Below, one piece after another: positions 13,165 through 27,500 of a stretch of 64,000 nt of DNA (within the stretch, counting starts at the first letter, position 1; each line of letters begins with the position of its first letter). The stretch is from Raillietiella orientalis (lineage: Eukaryota). The notes under the pieces are model-generated. The model ran no database searches and was not told the DNA's origin. It saw only the letters and a list, made by a program, of their open reading frames with translations. The stretch covers positions 558,001 through 622,000 of the forward strand of contig JAYWIR010000024.1 of assembly GCA_036172245.1 (NCBI GenBank). The letters run 5' to 3'. Made by a program: the position numbers and the translations under genes.

Positions 13165-14351
13165 AACCTGCCCCTGGTCTGAGTGCGCAACCATCTCCAC
13201 CTGCATCACTCTCCGGTAATGATGAAGGCTGTTCCAGGGCGTTTATTTTTATTCTTATTTTTTACAAAAAAAGCAACCAGGAGTCGTTGGGGTTTCTCAT
13301 CCCACCAAGTCCGAACATCCACTGGGGGCGCTGCCGAGGTCCACAACATCAGGAGGGGTTAAGGGATTGGAGAAAAAGAAAAACAGTCTGGAAAAATGGG
13401 GAAGGGGAAGGGAAGGGTTCACATCTTGAGAATTGCGGTTCCCTGTATCCTTTGCAGACGAGCTCCTCTTAATAGCTGTGCAGGTGGTTCGGCCTCGCCG
13501 TGGTCCAATGGAACTGGATGGAGAAGAGAGTGGTGGAACACCTCTGTCACGCCGTCCTATCTCGGCGCCGTTCCTGGAGGCGAAGGCTCCGCAACTCCCG
13601 CGCACAGCACTGCGACGGCGGCAGTTGGCGACAGGCATTCCGCACAAAGAGGTTCCTCAAGATGTTTAGTGAGTTGTCCACTGGGGAAGGGAGGGACTCG
13701 GAGAAACGCTACCACAGTGCCCAGAGGGCAGCGCATCTCACTAGCAGGGAGATGGGGGGGAGGGGGAAGTCTTGTTCTCCTTGCACCTAGCACAGTTGAT
13801 GCTGACACTCCCCCTCGTCTGGTGGTGGCGGCGCACGCTGCACGAGAGTGCCCCATGCAACGCCGGCAGCGCCGACTGCTGCCACGATCCATCTGCGGGG
13901 GACGAAGATTCCGGGAGAAGACGCAGAATCGCCCGAAGAAGGCTTCGTAGGTCCAGCAATGCCCTCTTGCTGCAGCTCTGTCATCTCTTCAGGACAGCCA
14001 AGACAGTCAGCAGCCTTCAAGATGGAAAATAAACTGCGAGATCGCAGAAAAAAAGAAGCCATTGGGATGCTGGAAGGCGCGTCAGCTGGCTGACGCTTCC
14101 ATCCTCGCCGCACTACTCAAACCTCCTCCAAGTCCCACCCATTTGGAAGAGGTGCAGTCCACCCGGGGTTTTTGGACATCTCCCTCCTTCTCTCGAAGTG
14201 GCAAGACTCTTGTATTTGGCCTTCACCACTGAACCAGGGGAGGGGTGGGACCCGAACCGTGGCAACTGAGGCGGAAGGGGGAATCTCCCTATACCTGCTT
14301 TCGTTTGCGTGCGTCCCCACGCAGAGCGTTCGGGAACGCTGGACCGCTTCC
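13165..14351. repeat. 1.19-kb duplicate (derived copy) made of two back-to-back LINE fragments
   Basis: Near-identical to 44237-45425; minus-sense 3' end about 13240-13960 and plus-sense fragment about 13985-14351. Confidence 0.95.
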
Positions 14352-14364
14352 GAGACCGCTTCCG

Positions 14365-16130
14365 AGGAAGAAGTGGATGCTTCTTTACTGGAACACCCGA
14401 ACTGCGAGGATGTCGCCACATTTCAAGGACGGTGTGCGCGACCTCGTTCTTCGCGAGGATCTCTATCCCCTCCGCCTTGCTCTCCCCGTCACTTACGAAC
14501 AACTGTGCGTCTAATCCTCTCTCCAGTTCCGGAATCGCTTGGTGGTGTGTGTCGTGGGGGCACACGCTGCACTCATGCTGGATGTTTCGTGTGATACACC
14601 TTCTTTTATCCGGGCTGCACAACCTGTCGATATTTCAGGAAGCGATCTTGACGATCCTATTCGTAGACAAGAAGGAGGCTGGCAGGTTCAATTTGGAGGA
14701 TTTGGTCTTCTTGCGCTTCTGCTTAGATGCTTGCTGTCTCCTAAGTGGAGCGCTTGGTTCTGCAATGTCGCCTTCCGACTCCACGTAGTCCGTGCTTTTT
14801 GCATCAAGGTTGCTGATGTTCATACTCCCGGTGATCTTGCGGCTCGGGAGCATTGCGTGCTCGCCATATCTGGCGCCGTGGCGCCAAACCAGCAAGTTCT
14901 CCATCTTGACGCGGTGTACGTCTCTGGAGACGCCTCGGTTGACGGTGCGCTGGAGTTCACAGGGCAGGCGCAAAGCATCTCCCTGATCCTCGTTTCCGAT
15001 TCCTGGTCGCACGTCCCCTTTCAATGGCTGAAAGTTCCTGTATTTTTACTAGTGCCTCATTCTGAGCGACATCTTCCGCCGATATTTCGGAGCACTGCTG
15101 CAGCTCCTACCTTTTCTCCCTTCTTCCTTGCTTTCTGTCCACTTCGGAGAATTCTGCCATCATGATGGCAGCTTCTTCCGTGAGTGCTTCCTTCCTGCCT
15201 TAATCATTCTGAGGTGTTCGGGGACGGGAGGTAGCCCCTGCATATCTCTCGCCAGTTGGAGTACCTCTCGCATACCCTTTAAGCGTGCCCTGACAGTCTG
15301 CAGAAGCAGAGCAGCTGGGTTACGTTCACGACCTGATAAAGTCACCTTCCTGGCCGCACTGAAAACGACTGGCTCTTGGGCAAACGCCAACCGCATGGCC
15401 AAAGACCGTGATCCCAACGCAGGAAACGGGCTGCCGCTTATATTTTCGCAGGACCTCCTGCAAGTGGACTTCGATGCTGGCCACTCCCGGGACCATCGCA
15501 TCTTCTTCCAGGTTCGTTCGATCGATTTCTTTCCCGGAGAAGAACTTGCCCATGTGGTCTCGAAGTTCCACATGCTTCGCTTCTCCGTATGGAGACAGGT
15601 AATCCCGGAACGCCTGCCTGGAGGAGTAGATGCTCGTCCCCTCCAAGAACACAGTCGTCGTCGAGGATTCACCTATTCCACGTAGCACGAGTCCGTTCAG
15701 GTTGATCTCCCGTTCGACGAGCACGTCGACGAGCCCTTCGTTGTCCGTGTGGCCGGCAAAACCACTCGCACATGGAATGATCGCTTGTATGCGATCTTAG
15801 TCTCTTTGTATAACGCTAGTCAAATGCCCATCACGTTTCCGGGCCCTTCGTAGTGGCCTGGTCACTCACTGCCTTCATCTAGGGTCCCACTTGTATAATA
15901 GATTTATCCTCCCGTTGGTGACCGGATCCTCGGACTTGGTCGCCATGCGTACCCCGTTTGACATGGCGCCCCGGGAAACTTCTGGCTGCCACCGTTGCAC
16001 GCATTACGTTCGTGCCCGACGTGAGGGTCTGGGACGCTGTAACCGACGCCTAAGACGCGGAGGGCATGATTCCCAACGCTGGAGTGGTCCCTTTGCGGTG
16101 GGCGTATGTGACTGGGGACACGCTTTCGTG
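14365..16130 (-). mobile_element. L1/Tx1 5' part: ORF1 (RRM plus CCHC) and APE start
   Basis: TVFLEG..YLSPYGEAKHV, YKRQPVSC....FGH...CP..FQCGQEG; VKIAS*NIDRLCSPDKRR..HDTH..SDGESKAEGIEIL. Confidence 0.75.
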
Positions 16131-16319
16131 TTCCTGGTGCGCAGTCCGCTTGCCGGGAGGGGAAACGCTCACCGCCGTCTTGCACACAATCACGCAGTCA
16201 GTGTGTGCAGCACTGGGGTGTACAGCACAGGGACACTGCAAAGGTTGCCCTTGTAGCTCGTCACTCGATATGTCAGCTGCAATCGCTTCGAAGCCAGCAT
16301 AATAATCATACTATCAAAT

Positions 16320-17200
16320 TTTGGGACGGAAGCATTTCTTGGAATGCTTCCGTGGTGTGCTTCCTGGTGTTTTCTTATGCGTATTTTCTTATGTTCTTGT
16401 GAGTTGGTTTTGGTATTTTAGGTTTGCTATTTGGTTTTTGTTTTCGTTTTACTTTCTATCTTTTACTGGAACTTTGGAGTTTGCTCTCTTTTGTGTCTTT
16501 TGCTTGCACTGCTTTTCCTCACTTTGTGCTGGCATCCTTACATGCTAGGTTTGGAGTTTTCTGGTAGATGGTGGGCTGTTCGATGCCATGTTGTTAGCCG
16601 TTTTCCGGCTTGATCTGGAGTCTCTCCCCACTGTTTGTTCGAACAAATTGCGACAGCCGTGCTTTGCGCGCTTCTGTTCGAGAGCCCTCTTTTACCTTTA
16701 TTTAGTTTCTTTACCTTTAGTGGGTAGTTGGTGGTTCCCCTTTACGGATTAACCGCTACCATATCTTGGCCCTCTGTTTTCATATTCCGATGGTGTGTCT
16801 TCCCTACTTTGTGTAAGGTCCCTCCCGTCTCCTTTCCTGCTACTGTTCCAACCATTTTGTTCCTTTCGCCTGCCTTGTTGGCGAAGTTCTCGATCTATGG
16901 TAGGAGATGAGCACTCTTATTCCATGGCGGCTGTTTCCAGTGAATGTTCTTGTAATGGCTTTCCGAGCTGCTTGGTTTATGTTGTCCAGCAGCGGATTCG
17001 GCCATCTGTTGCTTGTCTGTAAGCAAGTGCTCTTGCTGAAGGTTGTAGTCGGCACCCCCACGGTGGCCAATGGTGGTATCACGCAATTCACGAATGGCGT
17101 CTCCTCGTGAAAGGATCGGTAGGTAGGTAAGTGGCATCGAGGGCAAAGCTGTCTCACGTCCGCAGCTCACGAGCACTGGAAACGTTGCCCCCCCGCCCGT
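16320..17200 (-). mobile_element. Possible further ORF1 relic with an A-rich coding strand
   Basis: RQLCPRCHLP followed by A-rich low-complexity sequence. Confidence 0.25.
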
Positions 17201-17524
17201 TCAACGTAGCAGTGAGGTTGGTGCGAGGACGAAAGTCACGTTCTGATAATGCATGTCATCCGTTGATTTGATTGCGCTTCCCTAGTGTTTCAAAATTAAA
17301 TTCACATTACCATTTACTCGTTCAAAATTTTCATTAATGCACCTCTGTCACGAGTATTTTTAATGAAAGGACTGCCACTAAATTAAATGCTACACTTGGA
17401 GTGTACTTACTTCTTCCACAGAGAACGAAAATGTCCTTTGATTTGTTAATACCTAAAATTCCTACCTGTCCAGTCCTACCTGCGCTCCTGCTGGCTCTTC
17501 GCGCGTTTATTAATATCAGTTTCA

Positions 17525-19524
17525 GCGGCCGACACGTGTACGGCGTGCCGGTTCGACGTGTCATAAGGCAGAGTGACAGACTCAGCTCCCTGCTCTTTAG
17601 CATCTATTTCGAGTTGGTGCTAAGAGCATACAGGGAGACTTTGGCAACCCTGCCGAGCTCGTGTCCCGGTACGCCCGCCGTGTCGGCCTACGCAGACGAT
17701 CTTCTGCTGCTGCTCCCCGGGTCCACCCCGGCTTCCGTTCTCGAGGAGTTCTTCGAGTTGCTACGCCGCGGGACGGGCCTGGAGGTGAACAGGGCGAAGT
17801 CGTCGATCATTCAAATCGTCTCGACATGGGCTGGACGGCCGGACTGGATCCGCTTGGGGATCCCCACGGGCAGGTGCTTTAAGTACCTTGACCTCCGTTG
17901 TGGGACTTCTGCGCCGCAGAAGCCTGGTCCGACCTTCTCCAAAAGTGGAGTTGGCGATCAGCCCGTTTCGTGACGGCAAGTTTTACTTGCAGGAACGGGC
18001 CGCTGTGTGGAACGCTTTTGCGGCCCCCTTCTTTCGCCCCGTACTTTTTGCTTGCCCCGCCCCATCCCAGATCAAGACAAGGACACGGGGCCTCCTACGA
18101 AAAGCCCTGTGGGACGATCAGAGGTCCCGCGTCCGGCATAAAGACTTGTGCGCTCCACGCAGGGACGGTGGACTCGGTCTCCTGACGATGGAGCGCATGG
18201 AGCGACAGCTCCAAATACGCAAACTCGCCCTTCTGGCGAGATACTGGACTACGCCACGGAGCATCCCGGCACGTCTCCTCTCCAATAGAACAACCAGCTG
18301 CAACGGATTGATCTCAATCCTTGTTGCTATGAACTCACCCCAAACCATTGTGGTTTTCAACTGAGCGACGTGGTTGCCCTGGTGAGTGAAAATACCTGGA
18401 TCTCCTGCGTGTTCGCAAACTGGACTACCTGGCTTCAGGAGTCCGTTTCCGCGTGGGCAAAGATCAGAGGCTCCAGCGATGTGGACTTCTGCCGCCGTCG
18501 AGGCAGATACGCTGGCCAGCCCCTGTGGGAGATCGTTTCCAACCGACGGAAACTTATGTGGACTTCCTTCACCCCCTTGCCCCGTGATGCCCTCCCTGAG
18601 AGACGCTAGGGACAGCCAAGAGATGGCATCGTGGGAAGTGTCCTGCCTCATCAGAGGCAGGAAAAAACTCTTGAAGGCGTGGACATCTCGGGAACTAGTG
18701 GACGCTGCAACCCCGAGTGTCCGGCCTAATGGACTTGTGCGCTGGGGCAAGCTGCTCGGCATACCTCCGGAGGAGGTGAAGTGGCCCCAACGCATTGGGA
18801 CAACGGCACCCTCCCTTTGGATTGGCAGTAGACAGCGCTGCTAGTGCTGCATGGGGACTCCTTTGCAGAGCACGCCTCTCTCACTGGACACTCGGAAGTA
18901 TGGATGCCCGTTGTGCATAGTGTAGGGAACGGGAAACTTTCCCCCATCTCCTCATCTCGCCCTCTGCCTCATGTGGGATCGCCTCTCGCCGATTGTGAAC
19001 ATTCCGGTGGGCGACCCAAAAGACATTTTCCGTCGCCTCATGATGCGGGACGCCCTGCCAGCAGCCGCGTGTGTTGCAGTTCTCTGCTGCACACGCGGAA
19101 TCCTGGAGAAGTGCACTGCGTCAAGGAGAGACCGCAGCAGTCGGAATGCCATTCATTGGGCAGTCCTCTCCATGGAGAAGGCTTCCCGATGGCGCCGGTT
19201 AAGGACAATTCTACCGGCATTTGTCCGCATCCGAAACCGGATGCAGAGGCCTTCTCGCGGCGTACTGTGATCCCTTGCCTTCCCTCCCCTTCCCATAAAA
19301 CTTTGTCCCCTCTTGTGTTTTCGTTTTTTGTTCTTTTTTTTCTGGTTTTCCTGCCCCCTTCGCCCGTGTAGAGGAACTCACCGGCCTGCGGGTCGGTAAG
19401 GACAAGTGCGCCAAGACAGTCAGAACCATGTGTTCTGCCTGAAAAAAAATTGCAAAAAGACCATACTTTATTATTAAGTTTCTTGTACAATTTTAATAAT
19501 AAGAGCCCCGGCCTATCCGGGTGA
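17525..19524 (+). mobile_element. LINE copy G, 5'-truncated (RT to 3' end)
   Basis: IRQSDRLSSLLF, SAYADDLLL, KYL, LCAPRRDGGLGL, VLCCTRGI; CCCGGCCTATCCGGGTGAAAAA end. Confidence 0.92.
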
Positions 19525-21372
19525 AAAACCTAAAATTCTGAGTTGTTAGAAAGGTACGAACGTTTGATGTGCTAAGAATCTACGGAAAACGTGAAGGAAA
19601 TGCGATGCGTTGTAATCATTGAAGTTCGAATAAGGAGGTCGAGGAGTTTCATTTGCTAGTGTTCAGGTACCCCATGTACATGGGCAGCATTTTCTGACAT
19701 GCGTTTTGTAAACAGGACTAGAGAATTCTTGTGCACGTTTACACTTGTTGTACAGATGACTTTATTTTTCGCATTTCGAATCAAGAATGGGTTTAGGTGG
19801 AAAAAGTCTTTTGCAGGCTGCCACGGTGGTGGGCACTGCAGCTGTTTGCAAACCTGAACGGGTTGCTCTCCCTACTCTGCAACTCTCGACGTCCATTTCC
19901 ATTCCGGACTCTATCTGGGGGGATTTCCGTCACGCCAGTTGGTTAAAAAGACACTCGGGTGTTGAAGTCACGGGCACGGAAGAGGTAACCTTCAGCGTAG
20001 ACTCGCGAGACTTCGTTGAGTCCGTCCGAGGAAGAAAACGATTTTTACTTTTCTAGTGGTAGATAGGTCGGCTTTCCGTATGGGAGTGCACGGGGTCTGC
20101 ATGAAACCAACCTAGCCATTCATAAGTTCGCAGAGCGATGTAGCGGCACGTGCCACCGTCCATGGTCCATCTTTGGACGGCGAGATCTGAACATGCCTGG
20201 AGCAGGGCTGCAAAGTCGCCATCTGATGTGAGACGCGCAGCGACTCGTCGCTTTCAAGGTTGCTGAGGTGAAGCGACCGTTTCCCTCGGACTCGGATCGT
20301 GGACTTCAGTGTGCGTTACGCTGTCCGAAGCGGCCACGAGGAATACATATCATGCAGAACCAGGGAGGGTAGATGGGTCGTCAAAGACCGGTAGCTCGTC
20401 CCCCCCCCCCCAAAAAAAAAAAATGCGAACCACCCAGTAGGGGGACATGGGGGCGGTCTGCGATGAAGACCACAGGAGCAGACATCTCCGCCAAATCCCT
20501 TAGCACACATCTACTCAACATACTTCCGAGGTATCCCTCGTGCTGCCTGAAAGACGAAGGTCACTAAGGGATGTCCCGTTTTTCCCTGCTGGAAGCGACG
20601 TGCGTGTTCACACACCCCTTCCCGTGCACTGGTAGCTCGTCAAAACCCTTCCAGCGGCAAAGGACCGGGATGGAATCGGGTGCAGCATCAATTGGCGGAA
20701 GTTCCCAGTTGACCAACCGTTGTTCTCAGTTGGGTGCGCAAAGGTTTCCGAAAAGGGAAAGCAGCAAGAACGAAGCGGAAGCGGAAGGAATTTAGAATCC
20801 AAGAAACCCCTACGTGTTGCTCGATAGCATTGAGAAACCTAACCCAATCTGGGGCCGAGACGGGGGTATTGAAGATGGCACGAAAAGACAATTCTAGGGC
20901 GCATCCCCGTGGATAGGCAAATGACCGTGCTGCAGCAGCAGCAGCTTTCCAGAAAGCAAAGGATCCTCTCCTGGACTGACTCTTGAGAACCATCCCCGAA
21001 GTTTGCAAGGGCGGTGCAGCGCCCACCCCTGCGTCCCCTCTTTGGGGAAAAAGGAAATGGCACCGTTCGCACGAAGCTCAACGTCCTCTCCTCGAAAGAG
21101 TTCGTGTCGTCCTCCTCGGAAGAAGGCACGCGATACCCAACCTGCGCGGCCACGGCCAGGGTGCATTCTGGCCGTGGCCGCAGGAAGCACGCCAAGTCAA
21201 CAGTGATTTTTTGTATCGTCCTTGAAACGATTCCAGGAGAAACATCTGAGTATTCGGGAAAGGCGAGGAACCCGAACTAGCTGCAGCTCCACGTACGTGA
21301 TCTGAAGGTGATACGCGTCCCAAGCACAGAACGGCCTTCAAGCGCTGCGGGAAATCTGTCCGGTCCGTGCCG

Positions 21373-21565
21373 TCACAGAGTTGTTGTGACCACTGAATGC
21401 ACACCGTGGACCAGAACTGTCGGGGGAAGACCATCTGACAGTAAGGACAGCATGGAAACGTATTTCTCCGCAACGACGGCTTCCTTGCAGCCACCAGGAG
21501 GGACGGGAAGCTTCAAAAAGACGACAGCCGTGTTTTCACCGTGCTTTCTAATCATCGCGTTGATT
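21373..21565 (-). CDS. SLC12A9: SLC12A9 terminal exon 15 ([23 protein letters not shown]...[18 protein letters not shown])
   Basis: ttccag| acceptor; SLC12A9-type C-terminus; TGA stop. Confidence 0.93.
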
Positions 21566-24500
21566 CTGGAATTGGGGAAATCCATAGTGAAACCAAATGA
21601 ATTTGTAAGTCCAGAGGAGTCCCCGACACGACAACAAAACCGGATATTTTGAGCGAGGGCTCCAAACGACAGAGCTGGAATGAAAAGAGGGGACCGCTCT
21701 GGGATTGAAATCGACGCGCGTGGTCAACGGTTTCATGCACTTCGACTTTTTCGCGACCGATGCCGGAAAAGAAGCACGATCGCATCATGCTTCTTTCCCC
21801 TCCGGCGCCTTAGCACGCTTTTTTTCACACTGTTCTTCCCTGCTACTACGTTGCCATTCACGAATCAGGCCATGGCCATCGTGGTGTGGCAGGACAGTGT
21901 GCCGCGAACCAGTTTCTTCCGAAACTGATGGCCCTCTGAGGAGCCCCCCGGATTGTGGATGCCCGGTATGTTTCGCTTACGAAGCATCCCGGGCGTCCCC
22001 GGCAGCGAAGCCCATCACATCGCCATGGAACACGACACGCTTCACACGGGCTCCCGCACCTCCTGAAATACGGATGGTTGTCGAAGATCGTTCTGGCATC
22101 ACCGTCTCCGTTCAGATGTCGATCGAGCACTTCCACGGCATCATCGATGTAGGTCAACTTCACCAGAGCGTTTATCCTCAGTAGCTTCAGCTTGATACTC
22201 AGCTGATGCATTTTGTTTTCAGAATCAGCATCGTCCGCTCTCAGGCAGAGGAACACCCGAAGAATGGTTTTCTTCTTCCAGCTGTTCACCTAGGGAACAA
22301 AGGGAAGGAAGGAAACATCAGCATGGTTGTCGCAGGCGAATTCCAAACCAAACTTCTTTACCATGTGCAGCACGCAAGCGAGCTGTAAGAGGAATAGGGT
22401 TGCGTTGTCCAAGTTGTTCACGGATTCCGGCTGAAAGATGTCGAGAGGGTAAATGTCGATGTAAAGCAGACCCTTGTTTCTGAAATTAAAATGCACTTCC
22501 GGGCTTACCAAGGGAGGTATGCACGGTTACCTCAGGAATGTCGATTTATCGTAGTTTTCAAAATTTCGGCACACGCAGACGTTCTTCCGGAGAGACAGCA
22601 CATCCGACAGCATTTGCACGTACTCCAGAAAGTCACCTGCGTCTCTGCCTGATGTGATCTTCATGCTGTGCCTAAATGTGAACAGATGTGCATTTCAAAC
22701 TGCAGCGACACAAATCGAACGTCAACGTTGCTGCAGCAACCCGACTGGCTTGCGCAAAGATTCCCGAAAGTTTCTGGTGCTGTTTAAGGGGTGCAAGGGA
22801 TGGTGGAAGCCGAAAGTTAAATCATCGAGTAGAAAACAACGACAAACAAACAGCCACAATCCGCACCACCTTAGGAGAAGGGTGCACTGTGCACAATCGA
22901 AGTCAAAGTTGAAGTGAGATGGCACGAAACGTGGAAACTGCGGGATCACGAAGTCCAAATGAAAGCTCACGAAGGGCGATCGGAGACATTCAGAAGAGCA
23001 GCAATATCATCGATCTGCGTCACTAGCGAAAACAGGAGCAGAAATCACAAGCCAAGAATGGCCTCTTTATGCTGGATGCGATCAGACTGTGCTTAGGAGA
23101 CCGCGATGAATGCACGGAAATGGTTGGTATTCATTTGTCTGTGGCCAAACAATGGACCTCCAGCTGGAGTTTCTGGTCTGGAGCTTCAGCAGCAGCACTT
23201 AAGAAAGCTAAAGTGCTCTTCTGCTGGAGAGGCGGAACGCTCAAGTGCACCTCACGTGATGCTAGCCGGATATAAACACTGACACAATCATGGAGACATC
23301 GCCAGTTATCTTCTCGTGCCATAATTCCCCGGGGATGAAATAATTTGAAACAGCTTTCTATGGAAACAGCCAGATTTGAATCTGAACCAAGTACAAGCGT
23401 TTCCTCTCGGTCCGGAGTGGCACAGGATGTTAATAGAGAGATGTTTCTGGCCAATCAAACTGAGGAAAAGTTGGCTGCGTAAACGCGACACATCGCTCCT
23501 ACTCGGAGTGTTGCTGGCAGACATGGACTGAATGTGTTTGTCACCAAAGGTTTACACGCTGAAGTGAGATGCTTAGTGAGATGGCGAGATGAACGAGTAG
23601 GACCAAATCCTTACAGGCTCTGGTTTGCAATTCTCGCATCAAGGACCGGGGATATGGTCCGTTGTTTCCAAACTGAAATTGGCTTCCCTACGTGGTTCTC
23701 TCGAACGTAGGACTCGTACATAACTTTTAGGTCAGGATTTCCCGATCTTTTGGTCTCACTTTAGGCGTTACCTATGTTCAAGCTCCCATGGATGAACGTG
23801 GAAGAAGCGAAAGGACAAACAAACAAGCAAAAAAAAGCTGAAAAAGGAAGGACTTTCAGAATGTTTTTCTAAGATACAAGAACGGTTGAGGACTAATCCG
23901 ATCCAGATTAGCATTGGTAACCCACGCGGGCTCTTACCATTGCTGAAACCAGAACTTCTAGCTTGGTGCTAAAAATCTTGGCCTCGCGTGCGTTGAAGGA
24001 TGGGTGATAATCCAAATTGACCCGAATGCTCCTAAAGCGCATGGAATTCAAATGCCAAGGCACTCACTCGTGCTGCCATTTAGCCTGCCAATCAACACGC
24101 TATTTGCACAAGGCATCCAATAGGAACAAAGCCTAGGCGAGAAGTAGGGGGTATCCCAGAGAAAGAAACTTTTTCCTGTCAATGTGCCCTTTCTGAACAC
24201 GAAATAAGGACACAATGCCAGGACAAAGAAGCCTCCGTGTATCCCATAGCGAGTATTAACGCGGTCGCCCACAGTGCTGCTCGTAACCAGACCTAACTCC
24301 GCTTTCTGCTGCTGTACGATCTTCACGACATCCGCCTGTACCCGGGGATACCCAAAATCCGCGAACACCGCGGAAAAGTCTGTTACTTGAGGGTCTGCCC
24401 GTGAGTACAATGCCATCGATGAGGCCGGAGACCTTATTCGCGATGTGTGCACACAGACACTGGCGGCCATCACTGCCAAGAGAAACGCGCAAACAAACTG

Positions 24501-27500
24501 AACCCTAATGCCCGTGCTCGCTCTCCCGAAAGGAGGAACCGGGAAAGCAAGGGGTCACACTAACATTCCCGGAAGTTCAACTATTTCCAAGCTCAGAGAT
24601 CGATTCGTCAAGAGAGGCGCACTTGCCTTCACGGCCGGAGCAGAAAAGATGAAACTGGCAGAGCATTGCTTTTAGTAGACAACACCAGCCAAGAGATACA
24701 TCGGCAGACGCAACTCGTGCTAGAGCACACCTTTCAACATATGTCGTTTCGCACCCAAAGCTGCACCCGGGAACCGCCGCGGGACAGCAACCGGAGAGGC
24801 ATGCTGAGATGGGCGTGTAATAGAAGAGTCTGTGCGCCCGCTTCTCGCGATAGTTACCGTTCTTCACGACCGCGGCGCGCGCAAAGAGAAAATCGCGCGG
24901 CGACAAATAGCAGGCCGCGGGTCACGCACTCCTCCCGGTTCTCTTGGACGGGATTTCCCCGCAAGAACTGCGCAAGCTTGAACAGTGGGGTAGCCAACGA
25001 CGTTGTGGTAGCAGGTACCCCGGTGCTCCCACCGAATACAGGTAGTGGCTACCACCGATGTGGATGGACGCCCCACGAGGAAGCAGTGCGTTCCGCGTTC
25101 CCCACCGGGAGCGACTCACGACGGTTAGGCTGATTAGGGCCTCCGCAACTTTTAACATCCGCCGCCTCGGAGAAGACGCCTAGGGGCAAGGGCAATGAGT
25201 TCGCGCTAACGAATTGTGCGCTTTCGCACGCGCCAGCACGATGTTTGCTGAGAAACTCGGCATGCACCACGGAAAGTGTGGACCACTTACTCTGGACAAG
25301 CACCTGTCCAATACTGCAAGGTGACCGAAAGCCCATGTCTATCACCGTCGAACGGAATCGGTGCTCGCGACCGCAAATATGGGAGTGCCGGTAAACCTCT
25401 GGAGCTCCCGCCAGACTGTCTTTGGCGCCAGAACACGGTCGCGCCCTTCCGTGCCACACTCCCGAGACTGGCATCTCAGCCGACTTCAAAATTGGGACCG
25501 AACTGCGAGTTTCCCGGGCTTCTTCGAGCTAACTACCCGGGGAAGCTCACATGACCTCTTCGTTCCCAATGAACACGAAATTCTTGTGCAGGAACAAACT
25601 GCACCCGCTCCGCGGACATACATTGAAAGTGCACCCACTCGGAAATCAACCTATCTTCTGGAAGCCAGAAATTACTTCACGTGTGGGTAGCAAGCGCGTG
25701 AAGTCAGTGTACAATCCGTCTCTTCCATAATCCCCACACTGCTGTGAAACTCCTTTCAAAACAGCCAGTGTATGGCCTGCACTTCGGTTTTTCTTCGCAA
25801 TCGAATGTGCGCTGCTGTTTTTGTCCTCGCGGACGGCCTTCCAGATTCAAAGAACCTCGGGATGTCTCCGCGAACTTCCCTTTAGCAGAAGCTCATATCC
25901 TGCTTTCGTCGCGCACAGGGTAATGTCCTTCCACTCACACTCGTTGTGCATCGAGGGAAAAAATCCTTGCGAGATGAATTTGACTTGGGAGGGAGATCCA
26001 CTGGATTGCGGAACATCAAACCGTTCGTCCCGTATTACAGTCTGAGAGAGTTTGATGAACGCCAAACGCGTTTTGGTTGACCGGTGGAGCTGTACAAGGA
26101 AGATTAGCATACATGCACAGAGTGTGGCTGAATACACATCAAATCATGCGAAAGGACCGTTCTGCTCTGGGAATGAATGCCCTCTTTCCTCAAAGGTAAT
26201 GATGATTCTGGACAAGTCCCATTCGTATTCCGAACGGGGGGAACGGAGGGCAGGCGATCGGTTCTCAATCGTCAGAAACCGCAAATGCGACTGCGGCGCA
26301 CAATTTTGACGGCCACGCAATTTCCGCATTCCGGTGAAACGCATGCATCAGGGATCGTGGAAGATTGCATATTAGGCATTTAAACGAAACGTACAAACCG
26401 GAATCGAAAGAAACTTGGGACGTGAAACGCAAAACGATCGCATTCTGGCACTTCACGACTGTTTCCCCCTACCGCCGGATACTCGACTTCTCGCCTTCAA
26501 GCAACAAATCGTTCTCTTTGAAAAGACATTATTTTGTTCCTTTGAAGAAATGGAGATGCGAGAATTGCCAACAAATGAATTGGCATCGAGAAAAACATTC
26601 CGAATGGCATCAAATTAGAGGTGGCAAAGTCTTCGAGGAGGGATGATGTCCAGCCAGCAAATGTGAGACCATGTGTGGAATCGCACACGCAAACTGCCGC
26701 ATTCCACACAGCAGCATGCACAGAAAAGACTAGTCAATGATTGCGCACGCAGGCTCTAAATCTGGTGGCAATTAAGACCAGGTTATGAAGTATTTTATGA
26801 TTTTTTTCCACCAGGGAAAAGGGCTGTTTTGGTTAATCTATACCAAATTTACTTCGATCCATTGCTAATGGATATAATGAGCAAACTCTTCTGGCAGTGC
26901 TCTTCGTATACAGCTCTGCTGCTCTGTTACAGAAGAATTTTCTCACTGGATGCTGCTGCACTCTGGCGCTTGAGACACATTCGTCGAGAAAATGCATTTC
27001 ACACACGTGAGTACCGTACCAACTCTGGCAGCGTGTCATACGAAGCAATTTTCTATATTGGACTACGCATCTCTAATAGGATATATCGATACCTGTTTAT
27101 GTTGGGAAACCCAAAGATTATGGTGTTTGGTTTCATGGCACCCAGTCCGGAAATTCTTATGAGGTGATGCAACCCTTCTCTCACGCTATTGGCTATGGTT
27201 AGTTCCACGAATGCTTTAACCTGAAAATGATACTTCTATGATAATTGCACATAATAATGGAGAAGTTGAGCAGATTTTTCCGACACGTTCAAGATACGCG
27301 TGTGGGAATGTACACGCTGGGAACAGTACAAGAAATCAAACTTTTGCTAGTCGACTGCTGGCGAAGAAACTCAAACTTGCGTGCATACCAAATCCATGCT
27401 CTTTTGAAAGATCACACGGATTCCATGTAATGTTTTCCTAATTTCCACTAAACTACAGAGAACACGGTTGAATGTATCTTTGGACAGGATGACCGCGTTT

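Noticed and set aside
17205..17260. GAGGACGAAA resembling a hammerhead ribozyme core
   Set aside because: No upstream CTGANGA with a pairing stem II. The other CTGATGA sites examined (11235, 48859, 63201) lack a properly placed GAAA.
24200..24245. GGFFVLA as a possible SLC12A9 exon
   Set aside because: The true SGLFVLGHV exon is at 29633-29745 with correct splice sites and phase.
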